Assembly (NCBI RefSeq): GCF_030144855.1
Contig: NC_082725.1
Coordinates: 13,268,001-13,332,000, forward strand
DNA: 64,000 nt
Direction: 5' to 3'
Origin: Hypanus sabinus
Lineage: Eukaryota
The notes under the pieces are model-generated. The model made no database searches. It saw nothing but the letters and a program-made list of their open reading frames with translations, and was not told the origin of the DNA. Both the position numbers and the translations under genes were made by a program. Every line of letters starts with the position of its first letter. The first letter of the stretch is position 1. This document shows positions 27,434-40,990 of the stretch, piece after piece.

Positions 27434-29984
27434 CTAAAAATTAGAACAAAACAGATTACTTTCACCTATCATGCTGTGCTTTAGTGAATCTAATTGAATA
27501 AACCTACCTACAAGATTGTAAATAAAATTGAAAGAGTTCAGAGAAAACTTACAAGGATGTTGCCAGGACGAGAGAGCCTGATTTATAGGAAAAGGTTTAG
27601 TAGGTTAGGACTTCACTCCCTGGAGTGTAGGAGGAGGGAGGGGGGATTTGATAAGAGGTACACAAGTTTATGAGGGATATAGATAAACTCTGACTAAATT
27701 GCTTTTTCCACAGAGCAACTCAAGATGTTAAAACCTTTTTTTATCAAGCACCATTGTAACACATTGACTTGCAAAAGGAAATCAGGATATGGTTGTTCAG
27801 GTAGCTTCAAAGAGATGTCCTAAAGGATGAAAATTACATAGAAGGGTCGAGGGGCTTAGGAAGGGGTCAAGAGCATAGAGGTAGCTGAAAGGACAGAGGT
27901 GGCTGATGGAACAATTAGGAATAATCAAGAGACCAACAGTGGAAGACCACATATAATCTCAGGAGACTGCTGGTCTGGAGAAGATAACAGAGATGGGGTG
28001 GGACAAAGCAACGAAGAGTATTAAGATCAAAGGGATGAGAATTTTAATATTTTAACTCACAACTGATGAAAATCAGCAACTGCTCAAGTGACAGGTAGAA
28101 AGGTTAGTGTACATTAGGATATGACAAGAAGTGCTGAATAACCTGAAATTTATGGAGGGCACAGTAAACGTTGAAGTGCATTATAAATGTCAGGTTTAGA
28201 GGAAATTAAAAAAAACACGAAGTTTCGGCAGCCTATTAGTTGATGTCCAGTAGAATGATATGTTAAGGAGGTAGAAGCAAACAACTGCAGTGGTTGGTGT
28301 TGTAGTGCAGTGCAAAACTCAAGGGTCAATCTGATTCTAAAGCTGGATTAATTTCAGACATGGAACCAGAATTAGGAGACTTCAGTTGAGCTGGGGATTA
28401 AAAACAATGGCTTTAATCTCCAAAATTTCTATTTTTCTGCTCATCTCATACAGGTGGTCAGATAAGTAGTCTGGTGACAGAGACAGTTAAGGATGACAGT
28501 AGTTAGGTAGAGCTAGAGTTTGGTATACAAATAGAGAATCAGCTGTAGTTTTAGATGGAGATTACTAGCAGTCCGAAATAGTGGTGGTGATGGGGTGGGG
28601 TGGGGGGGGGGGGGGGTAGTCATCACACAGCAGTAGTGAAGCTATTGCAGGTGATTTGTGAGACCAGAAATACAAGAACTAGTCTGTGGACCCTTGATTC
28701 AAGATACCCCCACGGCAATGGAGGATGGTGCGATTAGCTGGGTTAAAAGCTGTAGAATAGTCAAAAAGAATAGACTGATTTCTTTTTCACCATCACATAG
28801 GATGTTTTATTACATAGGATATGTCATGAAACAGAAAGGCAGCACAGAAATTTAATTGCAAGGAATTCTGGGAAAGGCATCCACAAATTTTGGGGGGAAA
28901 ATCACTGCAAGGACCCTTGGGGAAAGTAAAGTTGGATTTGGACAGAAGGACCAAGTGGTGTTTCTCTGTGGTATGGGCAGGGAATGGGACAAGGAGAAGG
29001 CATTCAGAGGTTAGTGATACCTCGTGGACGAAGTGGCATGAGGACGGAACAAAAAAAAAGAAAAATTAGCAAATTTAGAGCTAAATGGATTGATACTTGA
29101 TTCTTAAAAATTTGGGCCAGTGGGATAGGGAACGGGAGTAAAGCAGAACAGACAGCTGACTAGATAGTTAGTCCATGGTGGCAGAGTAATTTTTGTAAAT
29201 GTCTAGACCAGTCCAGATGTTGCCATAAGCTGAAGAGGATAAATTTCAATTGTACTCATTTGGAAGCTGGAGGAACACTGATTCAGCCAGCTCTTAATAT
29301 CTGGTAGCAATCTGACAGTTAAGCAGCAGTACACATTCATTGGCAGAGGAAGTATGAAGAAAATAGCACTAGCTTTGTGTCACATCGAAACATATAGTAA
29401 AATGTGTTATGTGCGTTAACAACTAACAGTCCGAGGGTCTACTGGGGGCAACCCAGAAGTGTTGGTATGCTTCCGGTGCCAATATAACATGCCCACAAAC
29501 TTACTAAACCATATGCCTTTGGAACACGAGAGGAAACCTGAGCAGCAGGAGAAAACCCACACAGTCACTGGGAGAGCATACAAACTGCTTACAGACAACA
29601 GAGGGAATTAAACCCCAAACACTGACGCTGTACAAGTGCTATGCCAACTGCAACGCTACCTTGCCACCTACAGGGTACTAGCCTGTCTTAAACCCTACAG
29701 AAATAGAAACCTTTAATAAAGAGGAGGTACAATCATCTCATTCAATGGTATGAATGAAATAACTCAAAAGTTTTGCTGAAGATTGGATAATAGTGATGAA
29801 TTGAAGGGAAACATTTAAACCACCATTGGAAACCTCAGTTTTTTTAAATATAAGATTTATACTTTTTAAACAAACTTGTATTTTTTCACAGCATGTCGTG
29901 GGTCATCCCCACTCACTGGCAGAAAGTGGTATAGCAGTTAAATTAACAGTTTATCATCTTTCTCAATTTTCATTGGCATGTTAC

Positions 29985-30297
29985 ATGGCGCATGGCCAAG
30001 TGGTTAAGGTGTTGGTCTAGTGATCTGAAGGTCGTTAGTTTGAGCCTCAGCTAAGGCAGTGTGTTGTGTCCTTGAGCAAGGCACTTAACCACAAATTGCT
30101 TTGCGACGCCACCGGTGCCAAGCTTTATCGGCCCTTGCCCTTCCTTTAGACAACATCGGTGGCGTGCAGAGGGGAGACTTGCAGCATGGGCAACTGCCGG
30201 TCTTCCATACAACCCTGCCCAGCTCTGTGCTCTGGAAACTTTCCAAGGCGCAAATCCATGGTCTCTCGAGACTAACGGATGCCTATTATTATTATTA
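29985..30297 (+). mobile_element. tRNA-derived SINE with RTE-like tail; second copy at about 11712-11997 (-)
   Basis: tRNA-like head TGGCCAAGTGGTTAAGG...GTTTGAGCC, core GTGTCCTTGAGCAAGGCACTTAAC and a (TAT)n tail. Confidence 0.8.
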
Positions 30298-30766
30298 CCC
30301 ATGTGATGTAATTGTTCTAATTATATAGCTTATGAACTAGCTTATTCTCCAAGGAATTTCCTTGATCAAAGTGATGTGCTTTCAGAGGTGCTATCTTTAT
30401 TCCTTTGTCTTTGTATTCATTCTACTTCTGAGCATTGTTTTTCAGCTCTTTATATAGTTTGCTTAGTATTTGCTTTGTATGTTTGTTTGTACTCTAAAGT
30501 AAACCATCTTAGAATTAAAACTGCTCATCATTCCTGACTCCCAAGGATCAGAAAATAAACAGAGATCCAATTCTAGTAGCTGATATTTAGTGAAAAATGA
30601 CCAGGGCACAAAACAATACAACAAAATGGCACTTAACTAAAGGATATGGAGAAATAAAAGTCAAAATGTACAATCTTAGATAGTATAATTTCTTTATAAT
30701 TATCAATTCTGTCAATGGAATAGTTCCACCTTCCCTAAATTTACCAGTAATCATACGGTGCCTTAC

Positions 30767-30986
30767 CTTCTTGAAGTGAGTAGCTGATTGAACTTTCCTG
30801 ACTGGCTGCATCAGAGCCTCTCGCACTATGACACTGATGTCAGCCCCAGAATACCCCTCCGTTTTTTTCGCAAGCATCCGGTAATCTTCTTCAGACAAAC
30901 TGTTTGGTGTAGTTCCAAGATGCAATTTGAACATCACACCACGAGCAGCCTGCTCAGGTAATGGGATGTAGATACGTTTCTCAAAT
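30767..30986 (-). CDS. VPS4B: VPS4B exon 9
   Basis: 220 bp, [11 protein letters not shown]...GYSGADIS...VQSATHFKK; CAG acceptor and GTAAGG donor. Confidence 0.97.
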
Positions 30987-31174
30987 CTGGAAAACATAAT
31001 ACAAAAAGGAATTCTTATGCCAAAGGCTCCAGTAGAAGGGAGATTCAGAATTATCGTATCAGTGCAACACACTCAGTTTGTCTGGACTATATTGGTAAAC
31101 AGTGTATTATGCTTACATTTTATACATTGATAAATCGGTTTATTATTGTCATATGACCTGAGGTACAGTGAAAA

Positions 31175-31525
31175 ACTTTAATGCATACCATCCCTACATT
31201 CCTAATCAAAAAGCTACAGAACATGGGCCTGTCTAACTCCCTCTGCAACTGGATCCTCGGCTCCCTAACTGGAAGAACACAATCTGTGCAGATTGGTAAT
31301 AACATCCCCACCTCGCTGACGATCAACACTGGCACACCTCAGGGATGTGTGCTCAGCCCACTGCTCTATTCTCTCTACACCCATGACTGCTAGTGTTTTC
31401 CACAGTGAAGACTGACACAAAATACTTACTCAGTTCATCCACCATTTCATTGTTCCCCACTACTAACTCTCCTGCACAGTTTTCCAGAGGTCCAACATCC
31501 AGCATCACTTCTCCTTTACACTTTA
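31175..31525. mobile_element. Rex/Babar RT fragment (+, to about 31391) abutting a CR1 fragment (-)
   Basis: [12 protein letters not shown]...[21 protein letters not shown] on plus; EMVDELSKYFVSVFTVENT on minus. Confidence 0.8.
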
Positions 31526-32772
31526 TGTGGGAGGAAGCCAGAACATCAAGGAAAGCCCATGCAGATGGCAAAGCTGAGGCATGGTTTTGTCATCTGTCAT
31601 AAAGGAGTTTTGTGAGAGAGCTATGTTTGGGCTGAATCAGATAAGCCAATTTCAATGTTTTAGGGCTGCATGTGACAAGAGACCTCTGCTCAGCTCCACA
31701 CCAACCTTGGCCACCAAGTCTGGCTACATGGACCTGTTAATTTTGTTGACTATTGGGGATGCAGCCTCTCAGAAAAATCTGGGCCAATGGTTATGAAGGA
31801 GAAGAATAGCAGCAACTTCAATTGTGATTATATAAATTTAATAATTAATCTTGTTAAGGCTTTACAAGACATTGGTCAGACCACACCTGTGAGCAGTTTG
31901 TCTTTGAAAGGAAGTGCAGGCATCAGAGAGGGTCCAGAGGAGATTCATGAGAATGATCCCTGAGATGAAAGGGTTAACTTAGGGGAAAGTGTTTGATGGC
32001 TCTGGGCCTGTACTCACTGGAGTTTAGAAGAGGGAGGATCTCATTGAAACCCATCGAACATTGAAAGGCCTAAATAGTGTGGATGTGGAGAGGATGTTTC
32101 CGATAGTGTCTAGGATCAGAGTGCACAGCTTCACAATAGAGGGATTTAAAACAGAGATGAGGAGGAATTTTTTTTTAAGCAATAGGGTGGTGAATATGTG
32201 GAATATTCATGGGTGGCTGTGAAGGTCAAGTCATTGGGTATATTTAAAGCAGAGGTTGATAGGTTCCTGATTTGTAAGGGTGTCAAAGGGTTATGGAGAG
32301 AAGGCAGGAGAATGGGAATGAGAGGGATAATAAATCAGCCATGATGGAATGGCAGAGTAGATTCAATGGGCCTAATGGCTTAATTCTGCTCTGAGGTCTT
32401 ACAGTCTTGCAATAAAATCATCAGGCAGAACACCCTCTGGATGAAAAGGGTCCTCTCCATTTTATATCCAAAAGCCCACCATTTTATGCAGCTATTTTAC
32501 AAGTAGCACAAATCGTATACAAAAGACATTTTTGAACATTGTCAAGAGAAAATTGTTTTAGTGATATGCCAGACTGGTCTTTTTTTTTTAAAAAGTGTAG
32601 CATTTTACAAGGGAATGCTATCAGTTGTCTTAATAACTGGATGATCAAATAGAAAAGAAAATGGCATCCTTGTTCCACTCATACAGAGAACCTTATTAGT
32701 TCGGTTGATCTTTGTCAATTAAATATTAACTACGTAAAGTATAAACATGTAAAAAGAGTTCCACAATGTTAC

Positions 32773-32854
32773 CTCCTCCTTATGGCAGAATCAAGAACCC
32801 ATGGGATATTAGTTGCTCCGAGTACCAAGATTCCTTCATTATCTGCTCCAACAC
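32773..32854 (-). CDS. VPS4B: VPS4B exon 8
   Basis: 82 bp, [27 protein letters not shown] (sensor 1 and arginine fingers). Confidence 0.97.
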
Positions 32855-33785
32855 CTGTTAAAAACCATAGTAATTTTAATGTGTACTGTACTTTGTGTAC
32901 AATAGATTGTGGCAGGAATTATTAGTTATGCAAGAATTTGAATAATGCTAAGGAAATTATTCTTTCTCAGAAACTATATAAAATTAAATTAGAGACACAA
33001 GTTAGATATATATTAAAGTTCAAAATACCACACAGCAATAAAACTATGTTTTCCAGCTTTTGACTCTTTGACAAATATGTACAGGTTACTAAATTTTTGG
33101 AAGGTAAGTGCTGCTTTAGAAATACTGGTTATACCAGGAGAGTACAGCTTGCTAAATAGGTAAAGGAAAATTAGGAAACTAACTGGTTTGTATAAATGTT
33201 TCTTGGTGCATCTAATTTATTCATTAGAAACATTAACACAATTTAAAATTTCAGCTCACCATTTTAATAACTGATAATCAAATACTTCACAAAACTGACA
33301 GCAAACATTGTCCTTAATTTGGACTATAATCTTGTATAAAAATGAGGAAATAATAAGAGTACAGAACTTGTTGCAATTTTCCCCCAACTTAAAATTCAGA
33401 ATTAATCTGCGGTTGATAAAATTAAGAACATTTCCGATAATGCACACTGTGTTATTATAATGATCTGGGCATCAAGAACCACTGTGCTATTAAGTTAAAC
33501 ATGAAAAGCCTTTTCAGATTAAAATACATAAATGGAAAAGCAAAGACCAATAGATGCTGAACATGTGAATTAAAAGCAGAAAATATTTTAAATACCCAAG
33601 AGGTCAGTCAGCACCCGTGGAGTGAGTTACAGAGTTAACATTCCAGATTAATCGCATTTCTTAAAAGCTGAATGTTTGGATGGCGTCCACAATAAAGTGG
33701 AATGACGGTAAGAATAAACCAATGTACTGAATGAACTGCTTTTAATTTCATTCCTTCAATTTTCAAATTTTATTTGCAACTTTTA

Positions 33786-33980
<195 letters not shown>

Positions 33981-35076
33981 CTAATTAGAAGTTACAAAAA
34001 TTGTTGTAAAAAGTTCCAGAAATATGGAAGATTTGTACAAAAACAAGATCTCTGCATATTCACATCCTGTTTAGAAATATTATGTACCATTTTCACATTT
34101 TTTCTGGTCAAGATTTACCCACAGTAACCCTTTCACACTCAATTTTATTGTGCTAACAGTACAAAGTTGCTGATGACTCTGGCCACTGGTGATCTGTAGG
34201 CTTACATTTTGAAATCTCTTTCCCATCCTAAAGCACCTTTTGGAGATATTACCAACAATTAAATGAATCTTATTGGAGTCAGAGAGATACAGCAAAAAAA
34301 ACAGGCCTTTTGGTCGACAAGAGTGCATGTCAAGCATCAACAAACCATTTGCATTAATCCTATTTTAATCCCATTGTTGGGTATATCTTGAGCAATTTTA
34401 TAAATTTTGCAAAGCAAGTGAAGACAAAGGCATGAAGTATTTAATCAAAACAAAATCCAATTAAATGAAACTGAAAGTGGTTTGGAAGAGAACGTACATA
34501 AATGTATCACATTCTCTGAGTTTAGTCAACTGTGTATATTTAAGCCACTCAACAAGAAAATGCTGACTGCAATTAATACTGTAAAACTTAATCTGGCACT
34601 TTCAAGGCACTGGCTGTGCTGGATTGGCAGATTTTTCTGAACTACTGCATGTTATTCCCATTAACACTCCAATTTACAGTATAGATTTCTAAATGCAACA
34701 CAGCACAATAAATTTTGCACTAAACATGACCAGTTTCAAGGGAGTGCATGATGAAGGGATTGTGGCATCACCAGGACTTCTGAAAAATTGGATAGTGACT
34801 TAGAAGTTTACTATATGATAAAAAGCTACATTCCAAAGATCCACATAGCATGCAATTGACCTCAATGGAAGCAATTTTGACATGTTAATTTCACTTTGAA
34901 TTTACTCATACTTTTGATCTGGAATGAAACAGCACCAAAAACAAGGTATTTTTGTGGCAAAATCTTTACGAACTATGTTTGCCATAAGGCAGGAGAGTAT
35001 TAAATACACCCGATCAGTTAACAAACAGCTATCAAATCAATTAAGTCGTTGGCCACTCAACACAATAGAAACTCAC

Positions 35077-35233
35077 TTTTCACTTTCTCCAAGCCACTTA
35101 GACACGAGGTCAGATGAGGAAATGGAGAAAAATGTAGAGTTATTAGCTTCTTTTGCCACAGCCTTTGCCAGGTACGACTTGCCAGTTCCAGGAGGGCCAA
35201 ATAGTAGGATCCCTCTCCAAGGAGTTCTTTTAC
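35077..35233 (-). CDS. VPS4B: VPS4B exon 6
   Basis: 157 bp, [52 protein letters not shown] (Walker A and pore loop). Confidence 0.97.
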
Positions 35234-35632
35234 CTAGACAGCAACAGGGGAGGGTTCGTGGAAAGAAATTGTTTTACTCTTTAATTCTACAACCCTGAAA
35301 CTCTGTGCAAGAGGAAACATAAATGTATGTAAGCTATATCAGGCACTACTCAAAGACTGCAAACCTAATTTCTGATCATGAGGTGTGCCATTACGTGCAT
35401 GCCCGCCCCCTGGAGGGCAATCCCAATACTCCTGTTTGTCCTTTCCACATTTATCTCTGTCCCTGCAAATCGATTCCCTATCACACATATCATCCAGGTC
35501 ATTGCAGGAGTTGATTAACACGTCAACAGGTGTCTGGGATTTGGAAGGAAACTAGTACGCCAAGGAAAACCCCATTATCATTACAGAGAGAATGTGCAAA
35601 CTTCATACAGAGATCATAATCAAACCCGGACT

Positions 35633-36449
35633 CAAATTTGCCGATGACACTACATTGATTGGCCTTATCTCAAACAATAACGAGGTGGCCTACAGGGAAG
35701 AAATCATCTCTCTGACACAGCGGTGTGAAGAAAACAACCTCTCCCTCAATGTCGCAAAAACAAAGGAGCTGGTTGTGGATTACAGGGGGAATGGAGACGG
35801 GCTAACCCCTATTGACATCAATGGATCTGGGTTTGAGAGGGTAAACAGCTTCAAGTACCTCGGCATCCACATCACCGAGGACCTCACATGGTCCGTACAT
35901 ACCAGCTATGTGGCGAAAAAGGCACAACAGCGCCTCTTTCACCTCAGACAGTTGAAGTTTGGTGTGGGCCCCCAAATCCTAAGAACTTTCTACAGGGGCA
36001 CAATTGCGAGCATCCTGACTGGCTGCGTGACTGCCTGGCATGGGAACTGTACCTCTCTTAATCGCAGGGCTCTGCAGAGAGTGGCGCGGACAGCCCAGTG
36101 CATCTGTAGTTGTGAACTTCCCATGATTCAGGACATTTACAAAGATGGGTGTGTAAAAAGGGCCAATAGGATCACTGGGGACCCAAACCATCCCAACCAC
36201 AATTTATTCCAGCTGCTACCATCCGGGAAGCGGTACCACAGCAAAAAAGCCGGGACCAAAAGGCTCCTGGACAGCTTCTTCCACCAGGCCATCATGCTGA
36301 CTTGAGTGTACTCTATATTACATTGACAATCCTATTTATTATAAATTATAATAAATTACTGTGATTGCACATTTAGATGGAGAAGTAACATGAAGATTTT
36401 TACACCTCATGTATGTGAGAGATGTAAGAAATAAAGTCAATTCAATTCA
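35633..36449 (+). mobile_element. Rex1/Babar-type LINE 3' portion inserted into a V-SINE
   Basis: Open frame KFADDTTLIGLI...NNLSLNVAKTKELVVDYR...KKAQQRLFHLR; AATAAA(TCAAT)n tail; candidate 5-bp TSD GGACT (35628, 36450). Confidence 0.88.
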
Positions 36450-36941
36450 GGACTTGAGACAGCACCACCAGTTGCTGCATCATTATGCTCCCTGGTGAAA
36501 TGATACTAGAAGTGAGAATAATGTTCTAATTAATCTAATAAAGCAGCAGCAATCATATTACATTTAGTAATGTAACAAATTACAGATAGTTTAAAAAAAG
36601 GGTTGATACTTTGTCCAGAATTCTCACAAAATCACATGTCACATTCTGATGGAATACATGCCTCCTGCAAGCTTTCAATTTATGTATTTAACCCTAACAT
36701 TATCACCGGACAATCTATAATGACCAATTAACCTACCCAGTATGACTTTGGGAGGAAACCGGAGCACTGGGAGAAAACCCACGCATTCCCTGGGGAGGAC
36801 CTACAGAGACTCTTCACAGAGGTTGCCAGAATTGAACTCTGGTGTACTGAACCCCAACAGCATCATGTTAACCAGTACGTCTCAGTGCGCCCGAGATGCA
36901 ATAAGATTTTGGCATATCAGGGGGAAAAAAAAATCACCAAC

Positions 36942-37061
36942 CTGTAAAGAGATGAGGAAACTTTATGGGCAATATCACTGCTTCTTTAAGTGCTTCTTTG
37001 GCACCTTCAAGACCTGCAACATCATTCCAACCCACATCTGGTTTTTCCATAACAATGGCAC
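36942..37061 (-). CDS. VPS4B: VPS4B exon 5
   Basis: 120 bp, [40 protein letters not shown]. Confidence 0.97.
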
Positions 37062-38451
37062 CTAAAGAGTTAAAAAAAAAGGAACTTGTGAAAACCCAAG
37101 ATATGGAAGTTCAAAGGAGCTGAGTTCTGAGTTATACACAAAATGAAAAATAAGGAAGTTCGAAATTACTAACTTCCAAACTTCTCTTCTGTATAAGCCA
37201 GATAGATATTATATTGAACCCAAAGGAAATTACTGTGTCACAGTAGCATTACAAGTGCACAGATATACAAATATGAGAAGTATGAAATAACAAAAAATAA
37301 GTTATCTCAAACAGTCTAACAGAAGGGGGTCATCACTTCCCTGGCTGTAGGTTGACTCATTATAGAGCCTAATGGCCAAGGGTAAGAATAACCTCATATA
37401 GTGCTCTTTGGAGCTGCACAGTTATATTAATCTGTTACTCTGTTCAGCCAAGGTGGCATGCAGAGAGTGAGAAATATTGCCCACAATTGCCAAGATTTTC
37501 CGTAAGATCCTTTGGTCTACCACGGCCTCCAGTGTGTCCAGGTTGACTCCTAGAACAGAACCAGTTTCTCTAACCAGCTTTTAAGCCCATTGGCATCACT
37601 CATGTTGATGTCATTGCCCCAGCACACCACCACAAACTGGCAGAACATGTGAAGGAGAGGCCTGCATACTCCAAAGGACCTCCGTCTCCTCAGGAAGCAG
37701 TGGTGATTCTGGCCTTTCTTGTACACAGCCTCTGTCCACTGTTTAACCCCACCTGAGGCAATGAAATTTTTATCAAATTATAAGAAATAGAACCAGGAAT
37801 AGAATATGCAGGATTAAGAAAATACTTGGTTAAAACACCAGACTAATTTACATTTAATATACGGGGCTTTTAATAATAGCAATTGAAAAATCAAAACAAG
37901 ACCTGCATGTTTTATGGTAATGAACATTTTCATGATTTTTAATCTTCTGAGAAGAACCAAGGCTGGTTTGTCAATAAACATCATAGCTGATAATTTAATA
38001 CTCAATTTGAATTGAGTAAAACGGAATAATCCTCCAAGAGGACCACAACTCTGCCTTGGTCCGGAGGCCTGTGTGCCTCAATGACCCGGAGAGCTACGCT
38101 GGTTGCAGTCACGACTTTGTGCACTGGCTCTTGGTAGGGTCACCCATGCCAAACAGGTCGAAGGGTGGAGGACAGACTAGAGTCCTCCAGGTTTGGGGGA
38201 GCAAGGACATCAACCCCAAGTGATAAAACAAAATTGTTATGGAAACAGCAATGAAGAATCCTTCTACATCTGAGTATGTGAGTCTCCACCCGGGGCTTGT
38301 ACAAATGACAATCGGAAAAAACAGAGAAGCAACTGACGTGATGAAGGAACACCAACAGGGATGAAGGAGCTTCATTGCCGCCCCAAACACCAGTGGTGTA
38401 ACGGGCAGCAAGTAAAACAATAATAATAATTTGGCATAACAGCCTTGTCAC

Positions 38452-38513
38452 CTTGTAGTTGATTCTGCAATTTCTTCTTTTCTGAATTGTCAGCCTCTCC
38501 ATCACTTTCATTC
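38452..38513 (-). CDS. VPS4B: VPS4B exon 4
   Basis: 62 bp, NESDGEADNSEKKKLQNQLQ; phases match exons 3 and 5. Confidence 0.95.
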
Positions 38514-38618
38514 CTACAACACAAATGCACACAAAATCTCAATACAAGATCTTTTTCTATGAAATAACCATGTCTCATAACATTTAATATCAGAGACATT
38601 AAAAGAACACCATCTATA

Positions 38619-39148
38619 CACGCAGTGGCCACTTTATTAGATAGTCTTGTACACATGCTTATTAATGCAAATATTTTATCAGTCAAACATGCAGCAGCAA
38701 CTCAATGCAAAGAAGCATGCAGACTCATTCAACGGTTCACTTGTTGTTCAGACCAAACATCAGAATGGGGAAGAAATATGATCGCAGTAACTTTGCCTGT
38801 GGAATGATTGTTGGTGCCAGATGGGATGGTACTGGTCTCCTGGGATTTAACCACAACTGTCTCTAGAGTTTACAGAAAATGGTGCAACCCCCCCCCAACC
38901 CAAAATAAAACATCCAGTGAGAAAATGCCTTGTTAACGAGAGAGATCAGGGTAGAATGGCAAGACTGATTCAAGCTGACAGGACGGCAATAGCAATTGAA
39001 ATCACCAGGCATTAGAACAGTGGTGTGCAGAAGAGCACCTCTGAACACAGAACATGTCAAACCTTGAAGTGATTGGGCTACATTAGCAGAACACCCCAAA
39101 CATCCACTGTATTAGGTACAGGAGGTATCTTATAAAGTGGCCACTACG
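38619..39148 (+). mobile_element. Internally deleted Tc1-like DNA transposon
   Basis: TIR core CAGTGGCCACTTTATTAG / TATAAAGTGGCCACT; remnant of the transposase HTH region (RMARLIQADR...KSTSE...TLK*LGY.SR.P). Confidence 0.78.
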
Positions 39149-40990
39149 TACGTCTTCAAAACCCTCATGCTACACCAATAATGGAATGCAGGCTCAATTC
39201 CCCATCTGGGAGATAGTTAACATCCCTTTTTCTCAAGGAAGTAAAGGCAATCCTTAAACTACACGTTCTTCTGATATCCAATCGAAATGGAATGATTCAT
39301 AGCTGCAAGCCATGCTACCAGGCCAGAAAGCAAACAAAATACTCTTGATACGCAAGTTCTATGGTATTATCTAGCCTGAGTGCTCATTCATGTGTCAAAA
39401 TAAAGGGAACTGCATTTTTATATTCTGTGAATGGGTGGTATCTGGTCTTCTTGTGAAGTAAACGCTACCTTCCCAGGGAGCTCTCATGATTTTTATCATA
39501 AGGGAATCTGTGGAATCTGATTGAGAAGAACCCCGTACATTAAAATGTAATAGATAAACAGATCAAAGAATTCCTTTTAGTTTCTAAAAACACTTTAAGG
39601 ACATATACCCATCTTGTATTTTCAATGTTCTTCAGCCCTGTGCTCCTGCCTACACTCAGCATTTCCACTGGGAATTCCTCATTCTGTTGAATTCTTGAAC
39701 TAATGTTCCATCCTATTTCATAAGATGATACAAACACAAGAAACAGGAGCAGGAGTAGACCATCTGGGCTGTCAAGTCTGCTCTGCCATTCAATAAGATC
39801 ACAGTTGATCTGGCCATGGACTCATCTCCACCTACCTGCCTTTTCCCCATAACTCTCAATCCCCCGACTATGCAAAAATCTATCCAACCTTGTCATAAAT
39901 ATATTTACTGAGGTAGTCTCCATTGCTTCATTGGCAGAGAATTCCACAGGTTAACCAATTTTTGGGAAAATAAGTTTCCCATCTCCATTCTAAATTTACT
40001 CCCTCGAATCTTGAGGCTATGCCTCCTAGTTCTAGTCTCACCTACCAGTGGAAACAACTTTCCTGCCTCTATCTTACCCATCCCTTTCATAATTTTATAT
40101 GTTTCTGTAAGATCTCCTCTCATCCTTCTGAATTTCAGCAGGTACAGTCCCAGGTGACTCAATCTCTCCTCATCGTCTAACCCCCTCATCTCTAATCAAC
40201 CTGGTGAACCATTCTTCCTCCAATACGGCAATTAAGCTAATTCACTGTGCTTTACAAACTGTACAGTAAATAATCCAAAAGTATCAAAGGCACTATGAAC
40301 TCGAAAGTAAAGCAGACTGTGCAGGAAACCCTTTTAAAATCAGGCTGCATCTTTGGAAAGACAAATGCTACCTCTGCTCTCCAAGGCTTTTTAGTATTTC
40401 CTGCTCTTGTGAATTAAAGAAGCCTGTGCAATATTTTATTTCATCACTGTTCATGTCAACACAAACAGAAATTGGAATTGAGCAGTTGAAACATGGATGG
40501 ATACTGGTTGTTAGTATTATGAGTAAAAACATTGACACTTAACAAAGATGAACCAAAGATCGTTTTGAGCATGCTATATTCACAAAAACTACAAACGTCT
40601 AACCCAAAGCAACACACACAAAATGCTGTCATAACTCAGCAGGTCGGGCGACATCTATGGAGAGGAATAAACAGTTGTTGTTTTGGGTTGAGACTCTTCG
40701 TCGAGCCCGATTTAACCCTAACCTAATCACGGGACAATTTACAATGACCAATTGACAATTATCACAAGTATATTTTACCTTAGGCAGAACTGAACATAAT
40801 ATTCCAGATGTGATCTCACCAGGGCTTTTGTTTAACTGGAGCGATCAAAAACTTCTGCAATAATGACGAACGTGCAATTACACTCTTAATAATTGCTTGC
40901 TGTATGTGCACATTCATTTCCAGCAATTTATGTAAAATGACACTTCCTCAGTAAATGTTTGGGTTCTTCTTGATTTAGAAACCACAGTTA

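Noticed and set aside
29985-30060. tRNA gene
   Set aside because: The tRNA-like head continues into a SINE core and tail, and a second dispersed copy exists at 11.7-12.0 kb.
30587-31072. 161-aa single-exon AAA ATPase ORF
   Set aside because: Only 30767-30986 is exon (VPS4B exon 9); the rest is intron read-through.
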